Positions 60,901 to 64,000 of a stretch of 64,000 bases of DNA are shown one piece after another (the first letter of the stretch is position 1; the number at the start of each line of letters is the position of its first letter). The stretch comes from Tubulanus polymorphus (taxonomy: Eukaryota; Animalia; Nemertea). The DNA is taken from contig NC_134032.1 in the NCBI RefSeq assembly GCF_964204645.1, positions 5,132,175 through 5,196,174 on the forward strand. The letters run 5' to 3'. Both the position numbers and the translations under genes were made by a program. The notes beneath the pieces are model-generated. The model was not told where the DNA came from. It ran no database searches and saw nothing but the letters and a program-made list of their open reading frames with translations.

Positions 60901-63900
60901 AAAAGCGCTCAAATCGTCAGGAAAAGCACATTTCGACCCGAAAACGTCGTTCAGAGCGAGAAAAGACGTTTTCTTATCAAATTGTCCCCCTATCGAAAAA
61001 ATGACGATGTCGATGCGTAAGAGCGCTCAAATAGTCTGGAAAAGCACATTTCGACCCGAAAACGTCGTTCAGAGCGAGAAAAGACGTTTTCTTATCAAAT
61101 TGTCCCCCTATCGGAAAAATGACGATGGCGATGCGTAAAAGCGCTCAAATCGTCAGGAAAAGCACATTTCGACCCGAAAACGTCGTTCAGAGCGAGAAAA
61201 GACGTTTTCTTATCAAATTGTCCCCCTATCGGAAAAATGACGGTGGCGATGCGTAAAAGCGCTCAAATCGTCAGGAAAAGCACATTTCGACCAGAAAACG
61301 TCGTTCCGCGCGAGAAAAGACGTTTTCTTATCAAATTTCTCCCCTATCGGAAAAATGACGATGTCGATGCGTAAAAGCGCTCAAATCGTCAGGAAAAGCA
61401 CATTTCGACGCGAAAACGTCGTTCAGTGCGAGAAAAGACGTTTTCTTATCAAATTGTCCCCCTATCGAAAAAATGACGATGTCGATGCGTAAAAGCGCTC
61501 AAATCGTCAGGAAAAGCACATTTCGACGCGAAAACGTCGTTCAGTGCGAGAAAAGACGTTTTCTTATCAAATTGTCCCCCTATGGAAAAAATGACGATGT
61601 CGGTGCGTAAAAGCGCTCAAATCGTCAGGAAAAGCACATTTCGGCCCGAAAACGTCGTTCGGTGCGAGAAAAGACGTTTTCTTATCAAATTTCCCCCCTT
61701 TCGAAAAAATGACGATGTCGATGCGTAAAAGCGCTCAAATCGTCAGGAAAAGCACATTTCGGCCCGAAAACGTCGTTTGGTGCGAGAAAAGAAGTTTTCT
61801 TATCAAATTTCCCCCCTTTCGAAAAAATGACGATGTCGATGCGTAAAAGCGCTCAAATCGTCAGGAAAAGCACATTTCGACCCGAAAACGTCGTTTAGAG
61901 CGAGAAAAGACGTTTTCTTATCAAATTTTCCCCCTATCGAAAAAATGACGATGTCGATGCGTAAAAGCGCTCAAATCGTCAGGAAAAGCACATTTCGACC
62001 CGAAAACGTCGTTCCGCGCGAGAAAAGACGTTTTCTTATCAAATTTCCCCCCTATCAAAAAAATGACGATGTCGATGCGTAAAAGCGCTCAAATCGCCAG
62101 GAAAAGCACATTTATGCCCGAAAACGTCGTTCGGAGCGAGAAAAGACGTTATCTTATCAAATTGTCCCTCTATCGAAAAAATGACGATGTCGATGCGTAA
62201 AAGCGCTCAAATCGTCAGGAAAAGCACATTTCGACCCGAAAACGTCGTACAGAGCGAGAAAAGACGTTTTCTTATCAAATTGTCCCCCTATCGGAAAAAT
62301 GACGATGTCGATGCGTAAAAGCGCTCAAATCGTCAGAAAAAGCACATTTCGGCCCGAAAACCTCGTTCCGCGCGAGAAAAGACGTTTTCTTATCAAATTG
62401 TCCCCCTATCGAAAAAATGACGATGTCGATGCGTAAAAGCGCTCAAATCGTCAGGAAAAGCACATTTCAACCCGAAAACGTCGTTCCGCGCGAGAAAAGA
62501 CGTTTTCTTATCAAATTGTCCCCCTATCGAAAAAATGACGATGTCGATGCGTAAAAGCGCTCAAATCGTCAGGAAAAGCACATTTCGACTCGAAAACGTC
62601 GTTCCACGCGAGAAAAGACGTTTTCTTATCAAATTGTCCCCCTATCGAACAAATGACGATGTCGATGCGTAAAAGCGCTCAAATCGTCAGGAAAAGCACA
62701 TTTCGACCCGAAAACGTCGTTCCGCGCGAGAAAAGACGTTTTCTTATCAAATTGTCCCCCTATCGGAAAAATGACGATGGCGATGCGTAAAAGCGCTCAA
62801 ATCGTCAGGAAAAGCACATTTCGACCCGAAAACGTCGTTCCGCGCGAGAAAAGACGTTTTCTTATCAAATTTCCCCCCTATCAAAAAAATGACGATGTCG
62901 ATGCGTAAAAGCGCTCAAATCGCCAGGAAAAGCACATTTATGCCCGAAAACGTCGTTCCGCGCGAGAAAAGACGTTTTCTTATCAAATTTCCCCCCTATC
63001 GAAAAAATGACAATGTCGATGCGTAAAAGCGCTCAAATCGTCAGGAAAAGCACATTACGACGCGAAAACGTCGTTCAGTGCGAGAAAAGAAGTTTTCTTA
63101 TCAAATTGTCCCCCTATCGAAAAAATGACGATGTCGATGCGTAAAAGCGCTCAAATCGTCAGGAAAAGCACATTTCGACCCGAAAACGTCTTTCAGAGCG
63201 AGAAAAGACGTTTTCTTATCAAATTGTCCCCCTATCGAAAAAATGACGATGTCGATGCGTGAGAGCGCTCAAATAGTCTGGAAAAGCACATTTCGACCCG
63301 AAAACGTCGTTCAGAGCGAGAAAAGACGTTTTCTTATCAAATTTTCCCCCTATCGAAAAAATGACGATGTCGATGCGTAAAAGCGCTCAAATCGTCAGGA
63401 AAAGCACATTTCGACCCGAAAACGTCGTTCCGCGCGAGAAAAGACGTTTTCTTATAAAATTTCCCCCCTATCAAAAAAATGACGATGTCGATGCGTAAAA
63501 GCGCTCAAATAGTCAGGAAAAGCACATTTCGACCCGAAAACGTCGTTCGGAGCGAGAAAAGACGTTTTCTTATCAAATTGTCCCTCTATCGAAAAAATGA
63601 CGATGTCGATGCGTAAAAGCGCTCAAATCGTCAGGAAAAGCACATTTCGACCCGAAAACGTCGTACAGAGCGAGAAAAGACGTTTTCTTATCAAATTGTC
63701 CCCCTATCGGAAAAATGACGATGTCGATGCGTAAAAGCGCTCAAATCGTCAGAAAAAGCACATTTCGGCCCGAAAACCTCGTTCCGCGCGAGAAAAGACG
63801 TTTTCTTATCAAATTGTCCCCCTATCGAAAAAATGACGATGTCGATGCGTAAAAACGCTCAAATCGTCAGGAAAAGCACATTTCAACCCGAAAACGTCGT

Positions 63901-64000
63901 TCCGCGCGAGAAAAGACGTTTTCTTATCAAATTGTCCCCCTATCGAAAAAATGACGATGTCGATGCGTAAAAGCGCTCAAATCGTCAGGAAAAGCACATT
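24953..64000. repeat. Tandem satellite DNA, 117-118-bp monomer, ~330 copies, running off the window
   Basis: Consensus TGACGATGTCGATGCGTAAAAGCGCTCAAATCGTCAGGAAAAGCACATTTCGACCCGAAAACGTCGTTCGGAGCGAGAAAAGACGTTTTCTTATCAAATTTTCCCCCTATCGGAAAAA, head-to-tail with no inversion or insertion seen. Confidence 0.99.

Noticed and set aside
24953-64000. CRISPR array
   Set aside because: There are no unique spacers and no cas genes; the whole unit is repeated.
24953-64000. CENP-B box, or tRNA/5S origin of the monomer
   Set aside because: TTCG...CG words occur but do not fit the TTCGNNNNANNCGGG spacing. I see no convincing A/B boxes or cloverleaf.

Overview
AT-rich eukaryotic genomic DNA in two parts. Part 1 (1-24952) is a nest of three Polinton/Maverick (adintovirus-like) elements. 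Element B (2309-8656 plus 23293-24952) is a decaying, CpG-rich group-1-type Polinton. It carries a TBP-like gene, chromodomain integrase, minor and major capsid pseudogenes, adenain protease and a triple-RING pseudogene, and its ...ACTACT terminus abuts the satellite at 24952. Element A (1-2308, right end only) contributes the 5' part of a pPolB and a ~400-bp terminal fold-back, and appears to interrupt a gene of B. Element C (8657-23292) is end-to-end, with AG...CT TIRs and a 6-bp ATAGTA target duplication. It encodes A32-type ATPase, integrase (pseudo), capsids, a zinc-finger/VLTF3-like protein and a pPolB carrying a 355-aa LAGLIDADG intein in motif C. Nearly every gene of C starts in ATAAATG, and most have a fixed-spacing TAA-T7-N6-TAAATG motif matching poxvirus late promoter architecture, which suggests a helper-dependent, virophage-like element. 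Part 2 (24953-64000) is a ~118-bp CpG-rich tandem satellite of about 330 copies, with two variant domains and higher-order duplications; all ORFs called there are artefacts. All family assignments come from motif recognition by eye, not from database searches.
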